Assembly: GCA_963841565.1 (NCBI GenBank)
Contig: CAWJCY010000003.1
Location: forward strand, 1-64,000
Origin: an uncultured Nitrososphaerales archaeon
GTDB lineage: Archaea; Thermoproteota; Nitrososphaeria; Nitrososphaerales; Nitrososphaeraceae
DNA: 64,000 bases
Direction of reading: 5' to 3'
The notes beneath the pieces are model-generated. The model was not told where the DNA came from and ran no database searches. It saw only the letters and a program-made list of their open reading frames with translations. Within the stretch, counting starts at the first letter, position 1. Each line of letters starts with the position of its first letter. Made by a program: the position numbers and the translations under genes. Positions 9,538 to 19,198 of the stretch are shown here, piece after piece.

Positions 9538-10165
9538 TTAGATTATTGTCAACTTGTATGTTAAATCTTCGTTGTAGGTTCTATACTCCAAGCTGTCTTG
9601 GTTTTCGGGAATGTTCACTGTTCCTGCAAAATGTATAATGTGGTGAGACCTCAGCTTCGAATCCTTGGAGGACCAGATAGGCACCATCTGCTACAGCATC
9701 AGAGTCACCAGGGCGCGCGCTGAAGAGATTTGGATCGGGAAAGAAAACCTGAAAAGGTGTTTTAATGGGTACTCTGAAACTGTCCAGATTTGAAATATCG
9801 TTCCCGTCAATCGTGACATGGCGAGATACTTGATCGATGCTATCATGATCTATCTCTGAAAATGAATTCAATTTGTTAGTACTTGATGCAGGTCTTTCAG
9901 CTTCTGAAGCCAAGAAACTGAGGGAAGGTACAAGAACCTTTTGGTCTGAGTTAACAGTACATTCCCTTATGTTTGGTCCCTCGTGGGTCACAGATAGATA
10001 AAAAAAGTCCTTATTCCCTTCTCGGAAATTATTTGCATCTATATCCCTGGCTCCATCATTATTGAAAGTCGGATTTTGTTTTCTTGGTAATTTACAAAGC
10101 GACTGCCAAAAATCTATTACAATCTCTTCGCTTGCTTTAACAGGATTCAAGGGATTTGTAGTCAT
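9538..10165 (-). CDS. Paralogue 5 of the uncharacterised domain family (1-nt frameshift near 9650)
   Basis: FWQSLCKLP..QNP, RECTV, KVLVPSLSF, DHDSID, DAVADGAY; the shifted frame continues SHHIIHFAGTVNIPENQDSLEYRTYNEDLTYKLTII* to TAA at 9538. Confidence 0.8.
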
Positions 10166-10387
10166 TGCTAATTCTCCCCCCGTGGCACTAATAAAGTTTA
10201 ATTCTAACATAAGTTCGAAGTCAAAAACACACCTTAAATTGGATCAAGTCGAACCTAAAGGATATTTAGATACTGTACTAGGTGGCTATCCTATTTATGC
10301 ATGGACAAATCGCATAAAAGGATGAGTTGTTGTTTCTCTCCTTTAAAAGTAAAGGTAAAAATAGTGTTTGTGGAACTGAAATGATGT

Positions 10388-10555
10388 ATGCCAATCACAG
10401 ACGCTACCAAGAAACAAATCGCCCAGCAACGAAGGCTTTTCTTTAAGGTATGTTTCAAATGTGGTGGAAGGAATCCAATATCGGCATCCCGCTGTAGAAA
10501 ATGTAGAGGAAGCCAGCTAAGACTGAAGAACAGAACTCTAGGTGCCAAGAAATGA
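10388..10555 (+). CDS. rpl40e: 50S ribosomal protein L40e
   Basis: Manual translation MPITDATKKQIAQQRRLFFKVCFKCGGRNPISASRCRKCRGSQLRLKNRTLGAKK; Zn-finger CxxC...CRKC. Confidence 0.95.
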   Translation: MPITDATKKQIAQQRRLFFKVCFKCGGRNPISASRCRKCRGSQLRLKNRTLGAKK

Positions 10556-10824
10556 GCCCTAGACTTTTGTGTGAACCTTTTAGCTTCGGAGTACGATATG
10601 GTTGCTAATCTGTCTCACTAATACCCAAGATTGAATTAATGTATTGATATTTGAAACCTTATAATTTATTGACACAAGTCTATCTCATGTAGCTCGAATT
10701 AAAAGGAAAAGCGAGCAATATTAGCGCAACTCGGAGTTGGAAAATAATCTAGCATAATTTTATAGCTATGCTATTATAGTAGACATGGGATAAATGGTAT
10801 TACCGGAGCAAACCATGAGGTAAT

Positions 10825-11208
10825 ATGTACGAAGCTATTGTGGGCTTATTCATTAAGAGCATCGATCCTCTATACAAATGGCTAAGCGAGAATCTGTTAG
10901 CTCATATTTTGACTTTCGGCAAGGAATTCGGTGCAGTTGTGGTGTTCATATCAGCTGTTGTATTCCTCTTAATCACTGTATACTTTATTATGAAACAGGC
11001 AAAAAGGTTACCCAAGCGTTACGTGCTTGAAACGTTTGATCAAGATGGAAAGAAAACTGTGATTCCAGAATTAAGGATAACGTTTGATACGTATCAAGCT
11101 GCTGCGAGCTACGCCGACTTCTATACAAGGCTGTACGAATACAAGTACAAGTTTAGGTTGCTCGGAATCAGAGACAGTATTTCAATTCTTGGGCGTTTAG
11201 ATCGCTAG
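10825..11208 (+). CDS. Hypothetical membrane-anchored protein
   Basis: 127-aa ORF with one TM segment, GAGGT RBS-like motif upstream. Confidence 0.65.
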   Translation: MYEAIVGLFIKSIDPLYKWLSENLLAHILTFGKEFGAVVVFISAVVFLLITVYFIMKQAKRLPKRYVLETFDQDGKKTVIPELRITFDTYQAAASYADFYTRLYEYKYKFRLLGIRDSISILGRLDR

Positions 11209-11620
11209 CTAGTTTTAGTGTGATGGTATAGACCTAGCAGTGACCGTGAATCTCGATCCCCCCATCCAGATTAGTAGCGATCGAATTCCTGCTCAGAGCA
11301 ATCTTCGAGGCAGAGGTGGTCAGTGTTTGTAAATGGTGTAAGAGCAAACATATCTATCCACGTTTTTTTCACCATATTTTGAAACAATGAGAAATATTTT
11401 CTAAATCCTATTGAAGGAAAAAAGTAGAAGATTCATGACGGCAATCTTAATCGCGGGTTTGACACGAAAATACTGGAAATTAATATCACTCTACCAATTT
11501 AATTAGCAGAGTTACTGGAGAATTAGAATGGGATTTTTTTACTATTCCAAGCGAAATTGAAAAACTTAATATCTATCCCTGTGAAATGGATATGCTTAGG
11601 GAACGGCGTAATAACATTTC

Positions 11621-13345
11621 ATGAAATATCCTAAAGTTGTATTGACTGCAGACCGGACACTTATGTCGCCGTATAGAGGAATATCTTTAGCTTCATTCTT
11701 TGGCTGTGCTCCTGCTATTGACACTAAGAGAGATCCTACATCCCTCTGGTACAAGTTAATGGGTCAACAGATAACTCCGAGGTTATTGTTTGATTTCATC
11801 TGTAATCCGATTGAGAATATTAATGGAGTCGCAAAATACGCTCCATATGGACTAAGGAAGGTCGAGTCTTCTCTCATTAGGGATGGTTACAGCAGGGAAG
11901 ATGTCGTTGTAGCCCACCCCGATTACGTTGAAAAATTTATAGGCCCTGAAACTCAAGTCGTTGGCACTTACGAGATGGATCCTCTGGGAATGGGACCAGT
12001 CACCATGACCTTCACGTACGGACGTAAACACATGTCATATGACGAATTTTATTGCAGAGAACTGCATAGGCGAATATCCAACGCAAAAAAAGAGAATGGA
12101 AGTAATGCAAAGGTCATAGCAGGTGCATCAGGCACATGGCAGTATAACTATGATCCTGCAAAGATAGAAGAGTATGGAATCTACGGTATAGTTGAGGGAG
12201 ATCTTGGTGGAATTGGTCCGGAGATAGATGGAGCAGGTGCCAGTTTCTTTGATGCTGCGATAGCTGGTGATTTCGAAACCGCCAATCCGTTCAAGAAGTC
12301 TAAATTTAAAGTTGAAATTAAAGAATACGATCGACCTGAGCGAAAATATCATGGCCGATTTATTCATTATTGGGATGAGCCTTCGGTTGATGAAATCCCT
12401 GACATCATAAATCCAAGCATGCATGGGATGGTTGAAGTGATGCGGGGTTGCGGGAGAGGATGTAAATTTTGCGACGTAACCCTCAGGCCATTGCGTTACT
12501 ATCCTGTTGAAAAAGTGCAAAAGGAAATTCAGGTAAATATGAAATATGGCGGAAGCAAAAGTGCATGGATTCAAAGTGACGATATTTTTGTTTACGGTCT
12601 AAACCCAAGGACCACTAAGAACATGGAACCCAATAGAGAAGCTTTAGAAGAACTCTTCAAAGGTATTATGGATACGGGAATCGAACATACTAACCCTACT
12701 CATGGTACTTTAGCAGGCGCAATAGCCGACGAAAGACTCATTCCAAGTATCTCAAAGATTATCCGATCGAGTCCTGAAAATCACATAGGCATTCAATGTG
12801 GCTTCGAAACGGGGAGTACTCGTTTAATAGGCAAGTATGCTGATCGAAAGCTAGCCCCATTCAAACCGAACGAATGGCATTGGGTTGTAAAGCATGGAGT
12901 CAAGACTTTGAATCAGGACTACTGGGTTCCAGCGTTCACGTTGATAATGGGTTTGAATAACGATGAGACTCCTGAAGATAGTTGGGAAACCATTCAATTG
13001 ATTCATGAATTAGAAACCGAACAGCCAGATTCAAGATTTACAGTTACACCGTTGACATTTGTCCCTATTGGGCTGTTAGAGAAATCTGAATTCTTTGACA
13101 TAAACAATACAATGGACCCCCCTAAACTAGGAGTAATGTACAAAACATGGCAGCATAATTTCAAATATGGAATTCAGAAATTCATGCGAAAAGTTGGGCG
13201 AGATAATCCGATGAAAAACTTGTTCTTTGCTGGTTTGGCGAGGTCATTAGGAGGTGTTCCACTAAATGCTATGGAGAGATTCGCAAGAAGAAAGGGTCGA
13301 GAGCACGAATTGGTTATAGAGAAAATAAAGGCCAGTTACTGGTAG
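11621..13345 (+). CDS. B12-binding-type radical SAM protein, GDGT ring synthase (Grs)-like
   Basis: VVLTADRTLMS, APYGLRKVE, HPD, MDPLG.GP N-terminal motifs; RGCGRGCKFC CxxxCxxC. Confidence 0.8.
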   Translation: MKYPKVVLTADRTLMSPYRGISLASFFGCAPAIDTKRDPTSLWYKLMGQQITPRLLFDFICNPIENINGVAKYAPYGLRKVESSLIRDGYSREDVVVAHPDYVEKFIGPETQVVGTYEMDPLGMGPVTMTFTYGRKHMSYDEFYCRELHRRISNAKKENGSNAKVIAGASGTWQYNYDPAKIEEYGIYGIVEGDLGGIGPEIDGAGASFFDAAIAGDFETANPFKKSKFKVEIKEYDRPERKYHGRFIHYWDEPSVDEIPDIINPSMHGMVEVMRGCGRGCKFCDVTLRPLRYYPVEKVQKEIQVNMKYGGSKSAWIQSDDIFVYGLNPRTTKNMEPNREALEELFKGIMDTGIEHTNPTHGTLAGAIADERLIPSISKIIRSSPENHIGIQCGFETGSTRLIGKYADRKLAPFKPNEWHWVVKHGVKTLNQDYWVPAFTLIMGLNNDETPEDSWETIQLIHELETEQPDSRFTVTPLTFVPIGLLEKSEFFDINNTMDPPKLGVMYKTWQHNFKYGIQKFMRKVGRDNPMKNLFFAGLARSLGGVPLNAMERFARRKGREHELVIEKIKASYW

Positions 13346-13357
13346 GAATTAGTTTTT

Positions 13358-14142
13358 TTACCCTAATGTGAACCCACTGATACAACTATCGTGCATAGCA
13401 CCTGATCCAATAGACTGAAGAAGTTTCCTGCCTATCTCGCTCTCAGGTTCAATTATTGCACCTCTCATTGGTTTATGACATATTGAACATACGAACGGCC
13501 TAAATGAGTCAATTGAATCGCCATTTCTCATACGTTTAATCACCGATAACTCGCCCCCAGAATAAGAGGAAGTTGATGCAAATTCAAACAGCTCCCTTAT
13601 ATCTTCATTGCACGTAATGCCATCCTGCTCAATCTCTTGCAACAGAAGTGCAGATAAGCCTTATTGGTTGATTTCAGCACATCAACTAATTCGTGAGCCA
13701 AAGATCTGAGATTCAGACCGTTCATGCGGCAAAACCTGTTATACTCATGTTCGACTAACATAGGATTGAAACCATTAGTAGCAATAACTTCCACAGGGGT
13801 CTTACCATTCTGGAATTCACTATACATCTTCTTCAGATCTTCTTGTCCCAGAGGCGGAATGTCTGTCAAGGGTCCGAGATCGGGCCTAGTAACTAAAGTT
13901 TTAGCTTCAGCACGAGCCAAGGTTAGGGTTTCATCTCCAACAGAATGTGAAAAAACGCTTAATCTTTTATCTGTCAAAATACCTGTGGCTTTCAATTTAG
14001 ATTTCTCCTTGAACACGTTTCCTTCAGTTGTCCCCACAGTACGAGCAATCTCTCTAGCAGAGTACTTGTTATCATTGTCAAGGAGCATCTTCTCTATCAT
14101 CTCCTTTTTGGTGCCACTTTGTTGAAAAGTTCTTCTGGTCAA
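13358..14142 (-). CDS. HTH DNA-binding protein with C-terminal Zn-binding motif (split by a frameshift near 13640)
   Basis: YSAREIARTVGTTEGNV HTH; overlapping downstream ORF has CSICHKPM...HDSC. Confidence 0.6.
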
Positions 14143-14149
14143 TTAATGG

Positions 14150-14275
14150 TATAATATAGTAAGGTAAATAGGGTAAATATACTTACCGTTGGATAAGGGC
14201 AGTAAATTGGAGTGCCATTTACCATATCTACATACTTACCTTACTGACCTTACCTATAATATGGCCTGACCTTAT
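14150..14275. repeat. Cluster of short direct/inverted GGTAA-TTACC motifs upstream of the HTH gene
   Basis: GTAAGGTAA 14159-14167 is inverted to TTACCTTAC 14236-14244; ATACTTACC at 14179 and 14232; CTGACCTTA at 14244 and 14266; TATAATAT at 14150 and 14255. Confidence 0.55.
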
Positions 14276-14804
14276 TGCGAATAGAATTAGGACAACTGCG
14301 TAAGCTGAAAGGCGGCTGTTTGGCGTTACAGGTTACCACCACCACCAATTCCAATATATTCTGGCTATTCATCCCCTATGCACGGATCTATAATTGGGGA
14401 AGGTGTTCACTCGGACTGATGTGCGTTGTCCATCATAAAATCAAAATACTTCGTAGCAAGTGCTGTTTACGCGTTCAAACATCTCTGAGAAATCTCCTTG
14501 ACTTCTTCTTGCAAATTTCTTGCCTCCTGCGTAATTTCGAACGCAAGAAATTATTCATATTTTTAATGAACCGACCAAACAATCTGAAATATGGGCCCAG
14601 CAAAACTGAGGTTCGAATTTCAAGATGCATGGTCAATATATCGCTAGGTAACGGTTCTTCGATGTAGACAAAGCTACATTTGTGTTTTGCCTAAAGACTT
14701 TTCCGATGCATGAAGTTAGTTTACACCTTAGCACAAACATTTTGGGTATCTCTCGTCCTTATGTATGCTGATATTCTTCAAGATGTGCCAACGAACGATC
14801 CAGT

Positions 14805-16379
14805 GTGTTTATCCGCTTGGGCGGAGTGTGGTACCGCAAAGATTTTGTTAGAGAGAGTGTACATGAGGTACTTAGACTGCTTTTGTCTCCTACATTTGAT
14901 TTTATAAAAAACCGATTCAAATCCAAATCCAAACTTAAACCAGAGTCTTCAGATCAACGTGACAGGTACTCAAAAGGTGAGAGAAATAATGATCTAGACA
15001 GGGATTCTAGCACAGATGGATATGACCAAAGCGAATTGGCATTGGAGCAAAGTGACAGGTCTGACCCCCAACGACTAGCGGAATTGTCTGGAAAAGGTAT
15101 CAGCATTGAGGATGCAGCGAATCGGCTTCGTAGGATTGAAGAGCAAAAGACAGATGAGCTTGTCCAACAGCTTTCTCCAATTAGAGACTCTGCGCAAGCA
15201 AGTTTGCAGTCAATCGTAGACTTGGCCGCTGATCTGCAGAATGAAGAGATTAAGGTAGAGGATCAACGATTTGAATCAGCAGTGGAAAACGCTCGTAGCA
15301 CAGTTATTAACTCTATATTGAAGGATGCGAATTCTAGCTTTCCAGAAATAGCCTCCTACAGTGATGCACTCAAGTTCAAAGACCGACTAGAATCAATTAC
15401 TAATCGTTTCGGTCAGCTAACTGGCTCCCACAGCAAACTTTTCAATGTATTTCTAAAGAAGTATGCTGACAAATTCAGATCTGAATTTGCAGACTTTACT
15501 AACCTGAACAAGAAGACATCAAAATTGATCAAAAACTATGACCTCGATTTGGAAGACACAAACGCTTGTAGCCAAAAAATTGCCGACCTATCTAACAACA
15601 TATCATCTTTGAGTTATTCTAAGGAGAGAATAGCCACCATGTCAGCAGAAGTAAGTGAATTGGAAAAGGATATTACGCAATTGACAACGCGTCGTCACGA
15701 AATAGAACAGTCTGACGAGTACAAAAATTATGCCCTTCTTGAATCTGAAGCTAGAGAATTGGAAAAAAGCAAGGCAGAATTCCGTGAATACGTCTCTGAT
15801 TTGTTCTCGCATCTTAATCGTGCTTTTACGAAATATTCTTATGGTGTCTCAAAGAGCGTGGCAGCAAAAATCGACGTTCTTTCTAACTCTCCATGGGAGA
15901 TATTTTTGAATCAGAGAAGGATTGAATCAGACGGTCTTTCAGATTCATCCAACCAAAATTTGGAACGAAGCAAAGAGGACTGTGAGATAATTGAGGCTTA
16001 CAGAACATTACTCGTTGAGATACGGGGAGCTGTCAATAAAGGTACAATAAGTTTAAAGGATTCAGACAAGGTTTCGACATATTTGGAAAAGGCGATCGAC
16101 ATGTTTCCCAAAATTGAGTCTAGAGGATGGGAGATACAACAGAAGGTAATAAGCATAAAACAAAATCAGAATCGTAAGGCATTTAATTCGATAAAGTCTC
16201 TTGACGATTTGATCCAGCGAAACAAGAGAGAGATCGAAGAAAAGAAGATTCTGGTTGCAGAGACACAAGCCACTTTTGAAGCAAAAAAGAAGGAAATCCA
16301 CGATTTGACCGATGCATGTAGTACCTTGTTAACTGAGATAATCGGGCAAGAGAAAATCATAACGACGACTCAGGATTGA
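14805..16379 (+). CDS. Long coiled-coil hypothetical protein (true start probably downstream of 14805)
   Basis: Heptad-rich charged helical sequence; TTTTATAAAA at about 14900 suggests a later start. Confidence 0.75.
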   Translation: MFIRLGGVWYRKDFVRESVHEVLRLLLSPTFDFIKNRFKSKSKLKPESSDQRDRYSKGERNNDLDRDSSTDGYDQSELALEQSDRSDPQRLAELSGKGISIEDAANRLRRIEEQKTDELVQQLSPIRDSAQASLQSIVDLAADLQNEEIKVEDQRFESAVENARSTVINSILKDANSSFPEIASYSDALKFKDRLESITNRFGQLTGSHSKLFNVFLKKYADKFRSEFADFTNLNKKTSKLIKNYDLDLEDTNACSQKIADLSNNISSLSYSKERIATMSAEVSELEKDITQLTTRRHEIEQSDEYKNYALLESEARELEKSKAEFREYVSDLFSHLNRAFTKYSYGVSKSVAAKIDVLSNSPWEIFLNQRRIESDGLSDSSNQNLERSKEDCEIIEAYRTLLVEIRGAVNKGTISLKDSDKVSTYLEKAIDMFPKIESRGWEIQQKVISIKQNQNRKAFNSIKSLDDLIQRNKREIEEKKILVAETQATFEAKKKEIHDLTDACSTLLTEIIGQEKIITTTQD

Positions 16380-16591
16380 ATAATGAATGCACCAACAGTT
16401 TCGACTACCATGGCTCATAGTTCACGTCATACGACAGATCTATGCTGCTGTTCAAATTTTTGACACTTCTAGAACTTGTAATGCCGTCTGTAAACAATCA
16501 TAATAATTTTCTTGGTAGATACAAGTGCCTCCGCGGCACCAGTATGAGTAAGGGAAATAGGTAGCGGATGCCGTAGTCAAACCCAAATAGT

Positions 16592-17284
16592 TTGATACTG
16601 GGAAGATTACTAAAGAGGAGTTTCCATATTAAATTCAAAAATCGGACGAGCGCAGGGGAGATACTTGCCAGCGTCTTAGCTGACTATTTCAAAAAGGAAA
16701 GCAGGACGGCACCTGTTACGGTATTAGCAATACCACGTGGAGGAGTCATTGTAGGAGATGCAATTGCCAATAAATTCAGCCAGAGCGAATTTGATATCGT
16801 TATTCCTCGCAAATTGGGGGCGCCCTACAATCCAGAACTCGCAATTGGAGCAGTAATGCAGGACCGCACGGCATACCTCAATGAACGTCTAATACAAACA
16901 CTCCAGGTTTCAACCGAGTACATCGACGGTGAAATAGACCGACAAGTGCAAGAGATTCAAAGAAGGATCGCCCTTTACCGTCCCGCATCGAAACCGTACA
17001 ACATTGCAGGTAGGTCGGTGGTTATTGTAGATGATGGAATCGCTACAGGCGCTACAGTAATGGTAGTAGCTAAGTGGATTAAGAAATATGATCCAGCAAG
17101 TGTTTTAATTGCAGTACCGGTTGCCCCTGAGGATACGGTCGCAGAACTGTCCAGGCAAGGAAATATTGTTCAAGTCATAACTACACCATCTTCTTTTGGC
17201 GCCGTTGGCCAGTTTTATGAAAATTTCGACCAAGTTACCGATGAGGAAGTAAAGGAAGTTGCCAGAAAATGGGGGCTCCTATAA
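16592..17284 (+). CDS. Type I phosphoribosyltransferase family protein
   Basis: LAIPRGGV, PRKLGAP.NPELAIGA, VVIVDDGIATGAT PRPP loop, AVGQFY..F.QV.DEEV. Confidence 0.9.
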   Translation: MILGRLLKRSFHIKFKNRTSAGEILASVLADYFKKESRTAPVTVLAIPRGGVIVGDAIANKFSQSEFDIVIPRKLGAPYNPELAIGAVMQDRTAYLNERLIQTLQVSTEYIDGEIDRQVQEIQRRIALYRPASKPYNIAGRSVVIVDDGIATGATVMVVAKWIKKYDPASVLIAVPVAPEDTVAELSRQGNIVQVITTPSSFGAVGQFYENFDQVTDEEVKEVARKWGLL

Positions 17285-17420
17285 TAAAAATCAGTCCTGA
17301 ATAAATGAATGAATACACCAATCCAAGTCTTCTCAAAGCGACATAGTTATAGATCGTGAAGGGTAGTAGTCGTTCGATCATAGAATATCCTCGCCCAGTA
17401 AAATGCATGTACTACTAGAT

Positions 17421-17660
17421 CTACGTACTCTCAAGCTCTACCTTAATGACATCGCCTAATTCTTTTGGTAAATAACGCGCACTGTTCATCTTTTCAGTAA
17501 GAAACTTTTTCCAGTCCACAGTTGATCCCTTAGAGGTCTTCTTGACCGCATCAAACTCTGCAATTAGACTGTCATAAACCTGCCGATGAAGATAACAGTA
17601 TCTTCCTGAATTCGCCGAAGGTATGGTATTTTGACATACCTGACATGTCTTTTTCGACAA
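17421..17660 (-). CDS. Small putative Zn-binding protein
   Basis: CQVC...YCYLH. Confidence 0.6.
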   Translation of the reverse strand: MSKKTCQVCQNTIPSANSGRYCYLHRQVYDSLIAEFDAVKKTSKGSTVDWKKFLTEKMNSARYLPKELGDVIKVELEST

Positions 17661-17951
17661 TTGATTAACCGTAGATATACCAGTAAGGGAAATATATGTT
17701 CCCCATTATTATTTTTCCATTTTTTAGGGCGTTGGTGGTGCGCTAGATAATCTGGGAACGAGGTTGACAGCTACATTTTGTTCCCACAAAAAAACATAAA
17801 GGTTATCTTTCAATAGGCATGATTTAATTTAGGAACTTTTTCTTTCGAAATCAAGCCTGAGCCTTTTTACGTCGCTAATTTTAGTGGTATAAAGCAATTC
17901 CAATCAGAAACTATTATTAGGTTTGGAGTCCTAATACCATCGGTAAGTAAC

Positions 17952-18182
17952 ATGACAAATAGTAGTGATAAAGATTCTAAATCTGCTAGCCAATGGGCCG
18001 ATCTCTTGGCAGACTTGTTTGATAGGCTGACGGGGAAAGAGGCCGAAGTGACCTACACGTTTGATAACCTTGAAATTAATCTTCCGGAAGCAGTAGGTCC
18101 TGATGGAAAAACACTTGGCAGTGCAAAGTGGACTATTAACGGCAAAATTCTGATAAAGGCTGAAGCTCACAGAACCGCTTAG
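17952..18182 (+). CDS. Small hypothetical protein
   Basis: 76-aa ORF with protein-like composition (WADLLADLFDRLTGK...WTING). Confidence 0.7.
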   Translation: MTNSSDKDSKSASQWADLLADLFDRLTGKEAEVTYTFDNLEINLPEAVGPDGKTLGSAKWTINGKILIKAEAHRTA

Positions 18183-18293
18183 GGCAAGATATTGCTTCCG
18201 CTTGAATATTGTACTGTTGTTTGAGGGTCAATTCCGAACCTGAATCCTGGATTCATGGTCACAGATTGTTGAAAACATTTACCTAAGAATCGA

Positions 18294-18569
18294 TCAGTCG
18301 AAAGTGACGGATTCCTTAAACAACCGACGTAAGTTATCCACCTCATTTGAGCTGAGTTCATCGGTAGAATTATCGACTAGTTCTCGAAACTTCTTTGCGC
18401 TTTTACCACCCAGGATTTCTTCAAGCTCTTTTTCAGACGCACGACCCTTCCATGTTTCAAATATTCTTACAATTCTTTCCTTAGTTTCTGGGCGTAGGTC
18501 TTTCAGTGCATTTTGGAATATCTTCCGACGATTCTTGGCGACATCCTCTGAGTCAAATACTGCTCCCAT
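18294..18569 (-). CDS. Small helical hypothetical protein
   Basis: 91-aa charged ORF, TTTATTAT upstream on the minus strand. Confidence 0.65.
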   Translation of the reverse strand: MGAVFDSEDVAKNRRKIFQNALKDLRPETKERIVRIFETWKGRASEKELEEILGGKSAKKFRELVDNSTDELSSNEVDNLRRLFKESVTFD

Positions 18570-18785
18570 TACTACTAATGAGCACTAAAGGGATAATAAA
18601 GTTCGCTTATCACAAAAATAGCCGTCAGATGATATTCCTTGAGAATTCCGAGTTATTATCCTACTCAAAAATAAGATGCCTTGCTTGAAAAAATGAAACA
18701 AAATAAAATAAAATTAGAACAAAAATTGGTTTAGCCTCTGTTGAGGTAAGTCGATGAAATTTATCTAGATGAATTATTTGACTAG

Positions 18786-18935
18786 CTATCGCCAGAAGTA
18801 CGAAATTACTCCCAATCCCATAATTGCAAGTCCTCCTGCTACTAACGACAATATCCCCAGACCGCCGCCGATTCCAGCAATTGCTATACCGCAGACAATA
18901 GTGAGCGCTTCCCCGACGCGTCTCTGGTGTTTCAT
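18786..18935 (-). CDS. 49-aa Gly-rich two-TM small membrane protein (MKHQRRVGEALTIVCGIAIAGIGGGLGILSLVAGGLAIMGLGVISYFWR)
   Basis: Manual translation; TTTATAAT/TTAATA upstream; the + strand ORF 18769..18990 is its shadow. Confidence 0.7.
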   Translation of the reverse strand: MKHQRRVGEALTIVCGIAIAGIGGGLGILSLVAGGLAIMGLGVISYFWR

Positions 18936-19198
18936 ATTCGAGATGCGGTTGTATATTAATTGGAAGATTATAAACGTTAAACTCGCGTAAATTTTAAATA
19001 ATGACTATTTTAAAGAACGATTACCTTTACGAGATAAATCTCAGCCTATCGAGTCCTATCATTTCCTATCACACTAGTACCATCAAAATAGAACTTGATT
19101 TTGAATAACCATTCAATAGTAATAGATCACACTGTTGAGCAATCTTTTATACAAGGTAGAATAATACTTAATCTGGACAAGAGGTAAAAAAAGGTTCC

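Noticed and set aside
10291-10548. 85-aa minus-strand ORF
   Set aside because: Shadow of rpl40e on the + strand
14275-14907. ORFs 14275..14667 and 14710..14907
   Set aside because: Atypical composition and no motifs; more likely non-coding or degraded sequence
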